64,000 nucleotides of DNA, taken from NCBI GenBank assembly GCA_963806265.1, contig CAWDXT010000015.1, positions 193,975 through 257,974 of the forward strand, written 5' to 3'. The notes under the pieces were generated by a model. That model was not told the origin of the DNA and did no database searches. It saw only the letters and a list, made by a program, of their open reading frames with translations. This stretch comes from an uncultured Chloroflexia bacterium. Its GTDB lineage: Bacteria; Chloroflexota; Limnocylindria; Limnocylindrales; CSP1-4. Shown piece after piece: positions 49,605-59,032 of this stretch (position 1 is the first letter of the stretch; every line of letters begins with the position of its first letter). Made by a program: the position numbers and the translations under genes.

Positions 49605-50663
49605 ATGGCGCGGGTCGCGATCGTCGCCGCCGCCACGGCGATCGCCCTGGCGGGTCTCCCGGGCGTCGGCGCGGCGCCCGCGGCGGCCGCGGGCCTGCCG
49701 CGCTGGACGGGCGGCCTGGACCTGTATCGGAACGGGACGTTCACCACCCAGCAGACGTGGCTATGGTGCACCGCCGCTGACGTGCAGATCATGCGGAACA
49801 TCGTCGACCACCAACGTGACCACTCGCGATCGGCCCAGCAGCGCTACTTCGACGACATGCGGCACCACAACCGGTATTCGATCCCGGTCTCGGACGGCGT
49901 CGACCCGGTCGGCTGGGCGGCCGGGCTCCGGCGGTACGTGGATCGCCGCTACCAGCTGGTGACGAGCGGCAGCTTCAAGGCCGCGCTCCGATCAGCCGTG
50001 CGCAATCTGCGGCTCACCGGCCTGCCGGTCGGGCTCACGGTCTCGCACGGCAACCACGCCTGGGTGCTCACCGGGTTCACGGCGACGGCCGACCCGGCCG
50101 TCACCAGCCACTTCACGGTCACGGGCGTGCGGGTCGTCGGTCCCCTGTGGGGGCTCCAGAGCCGCAGCTATGGCTACGACATGCGGCCGGACACCAGGCT
50201 GACACGACGGCAGCTGCGGTCCTTCTTCACGCCGTGGCACTACGCCGGCGTGCGGATGGCGTGGGAAGGTGACTGGGTCTCGGTGCAGCCCGGGCCAACG
50301 GCAGCGGATCGGGCCCGCGCCGCCACGCCCGCACCGGTGACGACGACCCCGACGCCCCCCTCGACGCGGTCGCCAGGCCCGCCGGCGGCGGGTGTGATGG
50401 CCTCGCCGGCAGACGACACGCCCTCACCGGCGGGTGACACGCCGCCGGCGGCCTCGATCGAGCGGGGAGCAGCGGCGCTCGTCGTCGGCACCCGCAAGAC
50501 GTCCGAGCCGAACCCATCGCCGCGCCCGGTGCCGGCCGCCACGCGGGAGCCGGCGATGCTCGACCTCGGTGGCGCCATCGCCGTGCTGCTCGTGGTGATC
50601 GCCGGGGCGGGCGCGGCCGGGCTGGTCGCGTCACGCCGTCGGCGCCGCCCGGGCGACCGGTGA
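49605..50663 (+). CDS. Secreted papain-fold (C39-like) putative cysteine peptidase with a Pro-rich linker and C-terminal TM anchor
   Basis: Signal peptide MARVAIVAAATAIALAGLPGVGAAPAAAA. QQTWLWCTAADVQIM (Gln...Cys) and GNHAWVLTGF (His). C-terminal LGGAIAVLLVVIAGAGAAGLVASRRRRRP. The family call is tentative. Confidence 0.5.
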   Translation: MARVAIVAAATAIALAGLPGVGAAPAAAAGLPRWTGGLDLYRNGTFTTQQTWLWCTAADVQIMRNIVDHQRDHSRSAQQRYFDDMRHHNRYSIPVSDGVDPVGWAAGLRRYVDRRYQLVTSGSFKAALRSAVRNLRLTGLPVGLTVSHGNHAWVLTGFTATADPAVTSHFTVTGVRVVGPLWGLQSRSYGYDMRPDTRLTRRQLRSFFTPWHYAGVRMAWEGDWVSVQPGPTAADRARAATPAPVTTTPTPPSTRSPGPPAAGVMASPADDTPSPAGDTPPAASIERGAAALVVGTRKTSEPNPSPRPVPAATREPAMLDLGGAIAVLLVVIAGAGAAGLVASRRRRRPGDR

Positions 50664-50691
50664 CTGGTCGCCCTTGCCCGGCGCGGTGCCG

Positions 50692-51699
50692 TCAGGCACC
50701 CAGGTGCCGAGCGAGGAAATCGAGCCGGTCCATCGCCTGATCCAGCTGGGCCGCATCGTGGCCGACGTAAGGCCAGACCCGGATGTCCTTGTCGCCCGCG
50801 TACTCGTTGTAGGCGGCGAACACCGTCGAGGGCGGCGTGACCGTGTCCTCCAGCCCAACGGAGAACAGCGCCGGCACGGACGAGCGGGCCGCGAAATGGC
50901 GGCCATCGAAGTAATCGAGCGTCCGAAACACCTGCGCCTCCGAGCCACGCTGCGCGCGCAGGAAGCCGCGGATCTCCCCGTAGGGCATCTCGTCCGTGAC
51001 CTCCAGCGCCCGGCGGAAGTGGCACAGGAAGGGCACGTCGATCGCCGCCGCCCGAACACCGTCGGCGAGGGCGGCGACCGCGAGCGACAGCCCGCCGCCC
51101 TGGCTGGCGCCGGTGATCGCGATTCGATCGGCATCGACGATCGGGTGCGAGCGTGCCGCATCAACGGCAAGCACGGCATCGGTCATGAGCCGACGGTAGT
51201 AGTAGGTGGCCGGATCGAGGATGCCCCGGGTCATGACGCCCGGGTACTGCGGCCCGGTCCCCGTCGGCTCAATGTCGGAGGTGTCGCCTGACTGCCATGC
51301 GCCGCCCTGCCCCCGGGTGTCCATCACCAGGTGCGCGAACCCGGCCGAGGCCCAGAACAGCCAGCTCCACGATCGCCCGCGACCGCCGCCGTAGCCCAGG
51401 TACTCGATGACCGTGGGCAGGGGAGCGCTCGCCCCGGCCGGCCACACGAGCCAGGCCCTGATCGGCTGCCCCGCGTAGCCCGCGAACGTCACGTCAGCGG
51501 TGCGAACGGTTCGCAGGCGATTGTCGACATCGCGGAACTCGGGAGCCGACCCCGCCGCTCGGCTCGAGGCCAGCGTCGCAGACCAGAAGGCATCAAAGTC
51601 CTCGGGCTCGCTGCGCGCCGGTCGATATTCACGGAGCTCCTCGAGGGACAGATCGAACTGGGCCAAGATGGGGACCTCCGTCAGGTTGTCGGCTGGCAT
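50692..51699 (-). CDS. Acetylxylan esterase / cephalosporin-C deacetylase (CE7, AXE1 family)
   Basis: DFDAFW...VTFAGYAGQPIRAWLVWP...RIAITGASQGGGLSLAVAAL...FSVGLEDTVTPPSTVFAAYN. Confidence 0.85.
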   Translation of the reverse strand: MPADNLTEVPILAQFDLSLEELREYRPARSEPEDFDAFWSATLASSRAAGSAPEFRDVDNRLRTVRTADVTFAGYAGQPIRAWLVWPAGASAPLPTVIEYLGYGGGRGRSWSWLFWASAGFAHLVMDTRGQGGAWQSGDTSDIEPTGTGPQYPGVMTRGILDPATYYYRRLMTDAVLAVDAARSHPIVDADRIAITGASQGGGLSLAVAALADGVRAAAIDVPFLCHFRRALEVTDEMPYGEIRGFLRAQRGSEAQVFRTLDYFDGRHFAARSSVPALFSVGLEDTVTPPSTVFAAYNEYAGDKDIRVWPYVGHDAAQLDQAMDRLDFLARHLGA

Positions 51700-51766
51700 G
51701 CCGAGGATAGCCTCAGGTGCGGGCCGGAAACGTCCCGGGGCGGTAGGCTCGGTCGAGGAGGTTGCG

Positions 51767-52720
51767 ATGGCGAGACGTGCGAACCGCGGCGCCGACGCCG
51801 CGCCCGACCAGGCGCCTGACCCCGAGTGGGCCCAGCTCCAGCGGCGGCTCGAGCTGGCGCTCGCGGCGATGCACGAGGAGACCTACCTGCTGCTCACCAC
51901 CCTGCCCGACGCCGACGACCGCGCCTTCTACGTCCAGTTCGCATGGGGCGCAGGGACGCTGCGCTCCGAGGCGGTGGGCAGCGCCTACCTGCCGTCCGAT
52001 CACCCGCTGACGAAGCGCCAGGAGACGCGGTTGGCGCGCATGGGCTGGGAGCCGCCTCGCGCGGACCAGCCGACCCGCAACTTCCATCGCGAGGATCAGC
52101 AGCCGATCCCGTATCAGGAAGCGGCTGCGCGCGCGGTCGAGACGCTGCGCGACGTCTACGGCGTCGCCTCACCCACCGAGCTGCGCTACCTGTATCGCTC
52201 GTTCGAGGACGCCGACGTGCCCCCGCTCGAGCTGGGCATCGAGCCCCAGGAGCGGTCGACGCCGGCGACCACCGGTCGCGGCGTCGGCTTGACCGCGCCC
52301 GAGCTCCGGGAGCGCGTCGAGGCCGGCCTGCGTCAATGGCTGATGATCCCGGAGCTGGTCACGGATCGCGACGGCGACTACCCGTGCCGCTCCGGCAGCG
52401 CGATGGTGTACGTCCGGATCGTCGACGGGACGCCGCCCTTCGTGACCGTGTTCTCGCCCATCCTGCGCGACATCGACGGCAGCCCGGCGCTGCTGACCGC
52501 GCTCAACGACCTCAACCTGCGGATCCGGTTCGGGCGCGTGTTCTGGGTCCAGCGCCAGGTGATCGTGATGTCCGAGATCACCGCCGTCGACGTGACCCCG
52601 GACCAGGTCGCGATCACGTGCATGGAGCTGGGCAACCTGGCGGACACGCTGGACGATGTGCTGCACGGACGGTTCGGCGGACGCACGATGTTCGAGGGCG
52701 GCCCCCGCCTGCTGAACTGA
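51767..52720 (+). CDS. Two-domain YbjN / T3SS-chaperone-like (TY-Chap) protein
   Basis: ATG 51767 is preceded by GAGGAGG. N-terminal half ETYLLLTTLPDADDRAFYVQFAWGAGTLRSEAV...LARMGWEPP. C-terminal half GDYPCRSGSAMVYVRIVDGTPPFVTVFSPILRDIDGSPALLTALNDLNLRIRFGRVFW. The family was recalled from pattern only. Confidence 0.55.
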   Translation: MARRANRGADAAPDQAPDPEWAQLQRRLELALAAMHEETYLLLTTLPDADDRAFYVQFAWGAGTLRSEAVGSAYLPSDHPLTKRQETRLARMGWEPPRADQPTRNFHREDQQPIPYQEAAARAVETLRDVYGVASPTELRYLYRSFEDADVPPLELGIEPQERSTPATTGRGVGLTAPELRERVEAGLRQWLMIPELVTDRDGDYPCRSGSAMVYVRIVDGTPPFVTVFSPILRDIDGSPALLTALNDLNLRIRFGRVFWVQRQVIVMSEITAVDVTPDQVAITCMELGNLADTLDDVLHGRFGGRTMFEGGPRLLN

Positions 52721-52758
52721 CGGGCGTCGCCCCCGATCGGTCATCCTCCAGCTGGTCG

Positions 52759-53529
52759 TCAGCCGCTGGATCCCTCCTGCGGCCGGGGTTGCGGTGTCCC
52801 CGGCACCGCGATCGACGCACGCGGCTGCCACGGGGTGCCGAGCACCGGCAGCAGCCAACGGTCGACGCCGTAGTAGCCCGCCACCTTCCAGGCCAGGATC
52901 ACGCCGATCGCGAGCGTGAACATCACGGGGTTGGTCGACGCCGAGCCGGCCAGCAGGTAGGCCATGTTCATGAATGCCCCGAAGAACGAGGCAAATCCGG
53001 TGAGGATCCCGAAGATCAGGCCCAACCCGACCGCGATCTCGCCGAACACGATCAGCTTCGCGAACCACGTGTAGGCACCGTTGTTGAGCATGAACAACAG
53101 GAACTCGCGGTACCAGTCATAGGTGATCGCGCCCTTGCCCGTGTCCGACACCGTCGTCGCCGACTGCCAGTAGCCCTGGAGGGCGGCCCCACCATCCATC
53201 CAGCCGGTGCCCACGAACTTGTGCCAGCCGGCCTCGAGCCAGGTGAAGCCGAGGAACAGCCGGATCGGCAGCCAGACCAGGCCGGCTCGCGAGTTGCTGA
53301 ACAGGAAACGGGCGAATGCCGGTCCCTCGATCTCGACCTGATCCGCGTGCGGATCGCGGCGGGAGTCGATGTAGAGCACGATCACGAGCGCGATCGCGAG
53401 GATCCAGAACGCCCACTGGACGATGAGCGATAGCGAGTCGGGCACGGCCAGCCACGGGTTGACCATCCAGACCAGGAGAACGGTGGCGACGACGCCGATG
53501 ACGGCCGCCGCGGAACGCGCCTGGGACAT
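52759..53529 (-). CDS. DoxX-family membrane protein
   Basis: ATG 53529 with GGAGG upstream. Four or five TM helices. RLFLGFTWLEAGWHKF...FAKLIVFGEIAVGLGLIFGILTGFASFFGAFMNMAYLLAG. Confidence 0.7.
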   Translation of the reverse strand: MSQARSAAAVIGVVATVLLVWMVNPWLAVPDSLSLIVQWAFWILAIALVIVLYIDSRRDPHADQVEIEGPAFARFLFSNSRAGLVWLPIRLFLGFTWLEAGWHKFVGTGWMDGGAALQGYWQSATTVSDTGKGAITYDWYREFLLFMLNNGAYTWFAKLIVFGEIAVGLGLIFGILTGFASFFGAFMNMAYLLAGSASTNPVMFTLAIGVILAWKVAGYYGVDRWLLPVLGTPWQPRASIAVPGTPQPRPQEGSSG

Positions 53530-53691
53530 GTGCGCCTCCGCGTCCCAACATGGAGTTCCGGTGGCCGCACCGGTGGGACGTGGCCGATGCGACGCCTCAC
53601 GGCTCGCGCGCATGCCGCGTTCGATGCCGTTCTCCCCTGTTATACGCCGATCAACGTTGTGACGGCATGAGAGCCGAGGCCCGGGCGTCAA

Positions 53692-54942
53692 TCAGGCTCC
53701 GTGCACCGGTCGCCGAGCAGGATCTCCCCGGCCGACGACGATCAGTCCCGCGAGAACAAGCACGGCGGCCGCGGCCGGCAGGACCGCGACCAGCGCGATC
53801 TCACGCGCCGGAAGCCCCATCGCGAGCATGGTGCCCCCGACGGCCGGCCCGATGATCGAGCCGATCCGTCCCGACGCGGCCGCCCACCCGACGCCCGTGG
53901 TACGCAGCCCGGGCGAGTACATCGAGATGGCGACCGCGCTCTGGCCGATGGAGCTGCCGATCAGACCGGCTCCGGTCCCGAACACGAGCGGCAGGACGAG
54001 CGCGGGAGACGTCGCGAACCAACCCAGCAGGACCAGGCAAAGGATCGCGAAGGCCGAAGCCAGGATCAGCACATAACCCACGCCCAGTCTCCTCGTGAAC
54101 CCGACGATGAGCATGCTGCCCACCAACCCGCCCAGCCCGAACGCGGCTGCGCCGAGTGGTGCCTGAACCGTCGAGAAGCCGACCTCGGTCAACAGGGTCG
54201 GGATCCAGTAGGCCAGGCCGTAGGCGACCAGGAACACCAGGAAGGCGAAGCACCAGAGGAGCACGGTGGGCGTGCCGAGGCCATACCGGAACAGGGCCGT
54301 GACCGGGTTCGAGTCACCGCGACCTGCGGGCTCCTCCTGGGCCGAGAGCGAATGCGCGAACGCCGGAAGCAGCAGCAATGGAAGCGCGCCTCCGACGATG
54401 AACACCGCCTGCCAGCCGAAGGCGCCGATGAGCGGCCCGCCGAGGAGGCCCCCGACCACGCTGCCCGCTGCGAACCCGGTCGCCGCCAACATCGCCGCGC
54501 TCGTCCGACGATCAGGCGAAACCACGCCAGCTGACGCCGTGATCGCGATCGGCAGCGCGCCACCAAGGCCGACGGCCGCCACCAGCCGCAGGAGGGACAG
54601 GGTGGCCACGTCGCTCGCGCTGATGGTCAGCAGCGTGACGATCCCGAACAGGGCGATGCTCGTGGTCCCGACCGCGCGCTGACCGATCCGTCTCGCGAGC
54701 GGGCCGCTGGCCATGTAGCCGATCACGGCCCCGACGCTGGTCGCCACGAAGGCCGGGGTGAACGCGGCCGCCGCCAGGCCCCACGCGTCGCCGATCGCCG
54801 GCGCCACGAACGAGATCGATGTCGTGTCAAGACCATCGAGCAGCACGACGAGGAAGAAGATGGACAGCGCCCGGACCTGGACGCGTGGGCTCGCGACCGG
54901 TAGCTCGCCGGTGCGCGGCTGGGTGCGAACGTTCGCGCTCAT
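53692..54942 (-). CDS. MFS transporter (aromatic acid:H+ symporter-like)
   Basis: FFLVVLLDGLDTTSISFVAPAIGDAWGL...GYMASGPLARRIGQR...LRLVAAVGLGGALP. Twelve TMS and 416 aa. The start is ATG 54942. Confidence 0.85.
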   Translation of the reverse strand: MSANVRTQPRTGELPVASPRVQVRALSIFFLVVLLDGLDTTSISFVAPAIGDAWGLAAAAFTPAFVATSVGAVIGYMASGPLARRIGQRAVGTTSIALFGIVTLLTISASDVATLSLLRLVAAVGLGGALPIAITASAGVVSPDRRTSAAMLAATGFAAGSVVGGLLGGPLIGAFGWQAVFIVGGALPLLLLPAFAHSLSAQEEPAGRGDSNPVTALFRYGLGTPTVLLWCFAFLVFLVAYGLAYWIPTLLTEVGFSTVQAPLGAAAFGLGGLVGSMLIVGFTRRLGVGYVLILASAFAILCLVLLGWFATSPALVLPLVFGTGAGLIGSSIGQSAVAISMYSPGLRTTGVGWAAASGRIGSIIGPAVGGTMLAMGLPAREIALVAVLPAAAAVLVLAGLIVVGRGDPARRPVHGA

Positions 54943-54944
54943 CG

Positions 54945-55993
54945 TCAGCTTCCTGCGAGCGCCTGCTCGGCGGGCGCTGCCGCTGCGCGGGCACGAGGCT
55001 GCTGATCGAGCGCCGCTCGGCCCTCGGGGACTCGATCGGCGAGGAAGGCCCCGACCGCGTCCGCGCACAGGTCGGGCCATCTCGATCCACGGGAGCATGC
55101 CCGGCGTCCTCGATGACCTGGAGCCGCGCGTTCGGCATCCGGTCGACCAGCTGCCGACCATCGCCCGGGGTCCCGAGCGGATCCCGGTCGCCCCAAAGGA
55201 ACAGCGATGGCGTCCCGAGCCGGCCGAGCTCGGGCTTGAGCGCATGGGTGCCGACCGACCCGCGGGCGAAGATGCCCGAACCCGCAGGAACGAAGATCCG
55301 TTCCACCATCGTGCGGAAGCTGCGAGAAGCTCCAGGCATGCTCGCACCGGCCGCGAGGCACTCCAGCATGGCATCGGACGCACGGTCGGGATCCGCGAGC
55401 AACCGGCCACGCGCGAGGCCGGCCCGGGCACCGGCACCATCCTTCGGTGGCCGAAGCACCGTCGCGTACAGCAGCGCGTTGAGGCCCCGGGTGCCCACCA
55501 GCCGGTGGTAGCGGAGCCGCGATCCGAGCGACACCGGCCGGTGTTGGCGGGCTCGCCGAGCAAGCACGAGCTTCGAGACCCGCTCCGGGTGGGCCAGGGC
55601 GAACGCCATCGCGAAGTAGCCGCCCATCGAGTTGCCCACGATCGCAGCGCGGTTGCGGCCCATCGCATCGAGCAGTGCCTCCAGGAGCGTGACGCCGTGC
55701 TCGCGCAGGTCGACGCCGCGGAAGTCGAACATCGTCGACAGCCCGTGCCCGGGCGGTCGACCATCAGCAGCTCGTAGCGTGAGCTCAGGCGTGCGGCGAG
55801 GGGCACCCACATGGCCGCCGGCGAGTTGCCGGGGATCATCAGCACCGGGTCCCCGGTTCCCGCCGACAGCACGTGCACCCGTCCCAGGGGCGAGCCGAGG
55901 TCGAGGAACGTGGAGGTGGCGTCGAGGCCGTTTTCGGCGAGGACGCCGCTCCTGTGCCTGGCGAAACCGCGCCGCTGCCGCCTGGCTGTTCAT
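54945..55993 (-). pseudogene. Alpha/beta hydrolase (meta-cleavage-product hydrolase-like); at least 4 frame changes
   Basis: The pieces are MNSQAAAARFRQAQE; VHVLSAGTGDPVLMIPGNSPAAMWVPLAARLSSRYELLMVDRPG; HGLSTMFDFRGVDLREHGVTLLEALLDAMGRNRAAIVGNSMGGYFAMAFALAHPERVSKLVL; PSLFLWGDRDPLGTPGDGRQLVDRMPNARLQVIEDAGH; LCADAVGAFLADR. Confidence 0.75.
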
Positions 55994-56059
55994 CGCGGAC
56001 ACTCCTCGTCGTGCGTGCCTTCGCTCGACCGCGGCGCGGACCGTTCGCCTCGGATATTC

Positions 56060-56085
56060 GATGAGTGTCACTCATCTAATATAAT
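56060..56085 (+). promoter_or_regulatory. Perfect 8-1-8 palindrome (candidate TetR operator) abutting a consensus TATAAT; the TetR mRNA is probably leaderless
   Basis: GATGAGTG-T-CACTCATC at 56060-56076, and TATAAT at 56080-56085. The A of ATG 56092 lies 7 nt after the -10 element. The patch is locally AT-rich. Confidence 0.5.
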
Positions 56086-56091
56086 GCCGAC

Positions 56092-56715
56092 ATGCCGGGC
56101 CGTGTCAAGAAGCGCACGTATGTCTCCCCCGCCCGCCGGGCGCAGGCCGACGCGACGCGCCGACGGATCCTGGATGCCGCCGCCTCGCTGTTCCTCGAGC
56201 GTGGCTACGCGCGAACCAGCACCGCCTCGATCGCGCGGGCGGCACGGACCTCAGAGGCGACCGTGTTCGCGGTCTTCGGCACGAAGGCCAACCTGCTGGT
56301 CTCGGTCATCGCTGACCAGGTGGGCCGGCAGGACTTCCCGCTGCGGAGCGACCCGATCTGGCTCGTGCTGGCGGCCAACGCCGACAAGCGGCCGGCCGTC
56401 GAGCAGATGGCACGCGTCGTGCGGGGCGCCCACGACCGCAGCTGGCGCCTCCTCGCCATCGCGTGGGCCGCGGCCGAAGACGATCCCGAGGTTGCCAGGG
56501 CAGCTCGTCGCGGGGCTGACAGCCGTCACGGCGACGCTGCGTGGTTCGTGCGGGACGTCATCGGGATCGGCGATCCGGAGGCCAGCCCCGTCATCGACGC
56601 CGTCTGGACGCTGGTCAGCGTCGAGAACTACCGACACCTCGTCGTGGAGCGGTCATGGGCGCCCGAGCGCTACGAGGAGTGGCTGGCGGCGATGGTGACC
56701 GCCGTGCTTGGCTGA
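56092..56715 (+). CDS. TetR-family transcriptional regulator
   Basis: RRRILDAAASLFLERGYARTSTASIARAARTSEATVFAVFGTKANLL (TetR HTH). It is divergent from the hydrolase-MFS pair. Confidence 0.85.
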   Translation: MPGRVKKRTYVSPARRAQADATRRRILDAAASLFLERGYARTSTASIARAARTSEATVFAVFGTKANLLVSVIADQVGRQDFPLRSDPIWLVLAANADKRPAVEQMARVVRGAHDRSWRLLAIAWAAAEDDPEVARAARRGADSRHGDAAWFVRDVIGIGDPEASPVIDAVWTLVSVENYRHLVVERSWAPERYEEWLAAMVTAVLG

Positions 56716-56762
56716 GCGAGGATGGCCGCCGAGGCTGCTGCGCTTCGCGACGGCAACCCGGA

Positions 56763-57008
56763 TCAGTGCTTCTTGTCGTTGACCGTCTGCATCTGGGCGC
56801 CCGCGGCCGCAACCGAGAGCTGCGCGAACGCATCGACGATCGCGCGTGTCAACGGCTGGCTGAGCCGGATGCGGGCGACGATCTCGCCGGGATCCTGGTG
56901 CGGGCCGGGCTCCAGGGTCGGCTGGGATCGTGTGAGCGTCAGCGTCACCCCGAACGGGCCGGTCGTGAGGCTGAAGCCATCCGCGTAGATGTCCGGGTAA
57001 TCGGCCAT
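56763..57008 (-). CDS. DUF3467-like small protein
   Basis: MADYPDIYADGFSLTTGPFGVTLTLTRSQP...GEIVARIRLSQPLTRAIVDAFAQ resembles the DUF3467 pattern (YANgf.i..tpfdf.l.f...varv.ms...ak.l...l), recalled from memory. GGAGGG sits 8 nt upstream of the ATG. Confidence 0.55.
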   Translation of the reverse strand: MADYPDIYADGFSLTTGPFGVTLTLTRSQPTLEPGPHQDPGEIVARIRLSQPLTRAIVDAFAQLSVAAAGAQMQTVNDKKH

Positions 57009-57076
57009 GCCATGCCCTCCGTGCTGAGACTGGGTCCCGTGGCGCGTCATCGCCCGGGGATTCTCGCGCCCGGTCG

Positions 57077-57865
57077 CTATTCCTGCCGATTGAACGCGAT
57101 CACCGCGCCGCCCAGCAGGATGGCACCCAGGATCCCGACCACCACGATCTCCTCGACGATGGTCATCGTGTGCCCGAAGACCATGACGCCCAGCCCGCTG
57201 CTGGTGCCGAGGAAGATCTGGCGGATGGCGTCGACGCCGTAGGTCAGCGGGTTGATCTTGGAGATGACCGCCAGCCAGGCCGGCACGTCGTTCACCGGGA
57301 AGAAGACGCCGGCCAGGAAGATGAGCGGGAAGATCAGCAGCTGGATGACCAGCTGGAAGCCCTGCTGGCTGGTCATGAACGTCGCGATCAGGATGCCCAG
57401 CCCGGACAGCCCGAGCGCCAGGATCGCCACGATCGGGATGAGCGCCGAGCACGATCGCGGGCGTGAGCGTCACGCCGACGATCGGCGCCAGGACGAGCAT
57501 GATCACGACCTGGAGCAGCACCGGTGATCGTCGCCCCGATCGCCTTGCCCAGGACGATCCCCGCTGCGCCCGATCGGGGCGACCAGGATCTCGCGCAGGA
57601 AGCCGTACTCGCGGTCCCAGACGACCGACACGCCGGCGAACAGCGAGCTGGTCAGCACCGTCATCGCCACGATGCCCGGGTACATGAACTGGATGAAGTC
57701 GACGCCCGGCGCCACGGTGCCGATGACATTGGCGAACCCGGCACCGAAGATCACCAGGAACAGCAGCGGGAAGGCCAGGCTGGAGATGATCCGCGAGCGC
57801 TCGTTGACGAACCGCAGCAGCTCCCGGTAGGCGACGACCCAGGTGCCGCGCCAGATCTCGGCCAT
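57077..57865 (-). pseudogene. ABC-2 type transporter permease; 2-3 frame changes near 57430-57530
   Basis: MAEIWRGTWVVAYRELLRFVNERSRIISSLAFPLLFLVIFGAGF...VVWDREYGFLREILVAPI; middle LLQVVIMLVLAPIVGVTLTPA; C-terminal half MAILALGLSGLGILIATFMTSQQGFQLVIQLLIFPLIFLAGVFFPVNDVPAWLAVISKINPLTYGVDAIRQ. Confidence 0.75.
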
Positions 57866-57930
57866 CAGTCGCGCGACCTCGCCTCCCCCAGCGCCCGCCC
57901 CTGGAGCATCTGCTCGCGGGCGTCCAGCTC

Positions 57931-58935
57931 CTAGTCCCGGATCTCGTGGCCGGTCAGGGTGATGAACACGTCATCGAGGCTGGGGCGCTGCAGGCTGATC
58001 GACTGGCAGCGGCTGCGGGAAGGTGCGGACGAACTCGGGCAGGAACGTGTCGCCGGCCGGGACGTGGAACCGGACCACGCCGTCCTGGACCCCGGGCTCG
58101 ACGTCGTAGCGTCGCCGGACCTCGTCGGCCGCGGCGGCCGGGTCGTCCACCGAGAACGTGATCAGATCGCCGCCGACGGCGCGCTTGAGCCCGTCCGGGC
58201 GTGTCGAGCGCCACGATCTCGCCGCGGTCGATGATCGCGATCCGGTCGCAGTTCTCGGCCTCGTCCAGGTACTGGGTGGTGAGGAAGATCGTGAGCTGCT
58301 CCTGCTCGCGCAGGCGGAGCAGGTACTCCCAGATGTGGCGCCGGGTCTGGGGGTCGAGGCCGATCGTCGGCTCGTCGAGGAAGAGCACCTTGGGGTGGTG
58401 GACCAGGCCGCGCGCGATCTCCAGGCGGCGCTTCATGCCGCCCGAGAAGGTGCGCACGCTGCCCTTGCGCCGATCCCACAGCTCGACCATCTCGAGCAGC
58501 TCGCGGATGCGCCGGTCGCGGACCTCCGCCGGGCACGTCGTAGGCATAGGCGTGGAACCGAAGGTTCTGCTCGGCGCTCAGGTACTCGTCGACGGTCGTC
58601 TGCTGGAACACCAGCCCGATCGAGCGCCGGACCTCGCTCCGCTGGCGGGCGACGTCGAAGCCGTTGACCGTCGCCCGGCCGCCCGACGGGTGGAGCAGCG
58701 TGCACAGCATGTTGATCGTGGTCGACTTGCCGGCACCGTTCGGGCCCAGGAAGCCGAACAGCTCGCCCTCGGCGACCTCGAACGAGACGCCCTTGACGGC
58801 CTCGATCGCCCCGAACCGCCGAGCGAGCTGATCGACCTCGATCGCGTTCGGGGTTCCGGGACCGGGCCGCATTCGCCCATCGTTCGACCCGGGCGCAGCA
58901 GTGGAACGCTCCGGGGCAACCTCGACCTGGGTCAT
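57931..58935 (-). pseudogene. ABC transporter ATP-binding protein (DrrA-like); at least 3 frame changes
   Basis: FGFLGPNGAGKSTTINML (Walker A)...LVFQQTTVDEYLSAEQNL; then SGGMKRRLEIARGLVHHPKVLFLDEPTIGLDP (signature/Walker B)...FLTTQYLDEAENCDRIAIIDRGEIVALDTP; tail LDDVFITLTGHEIRD-stop. Confidence 0.85.
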
Positions 58936-59032
58936 CGGGTCCGGTGGGGTGGTCGGCGGTGACTCCACCGCGATGACGACGATCGTTCCTGGGACGACAT
59001 CGATCGAATTCTACGCTCGGTCCGCGGATGCC

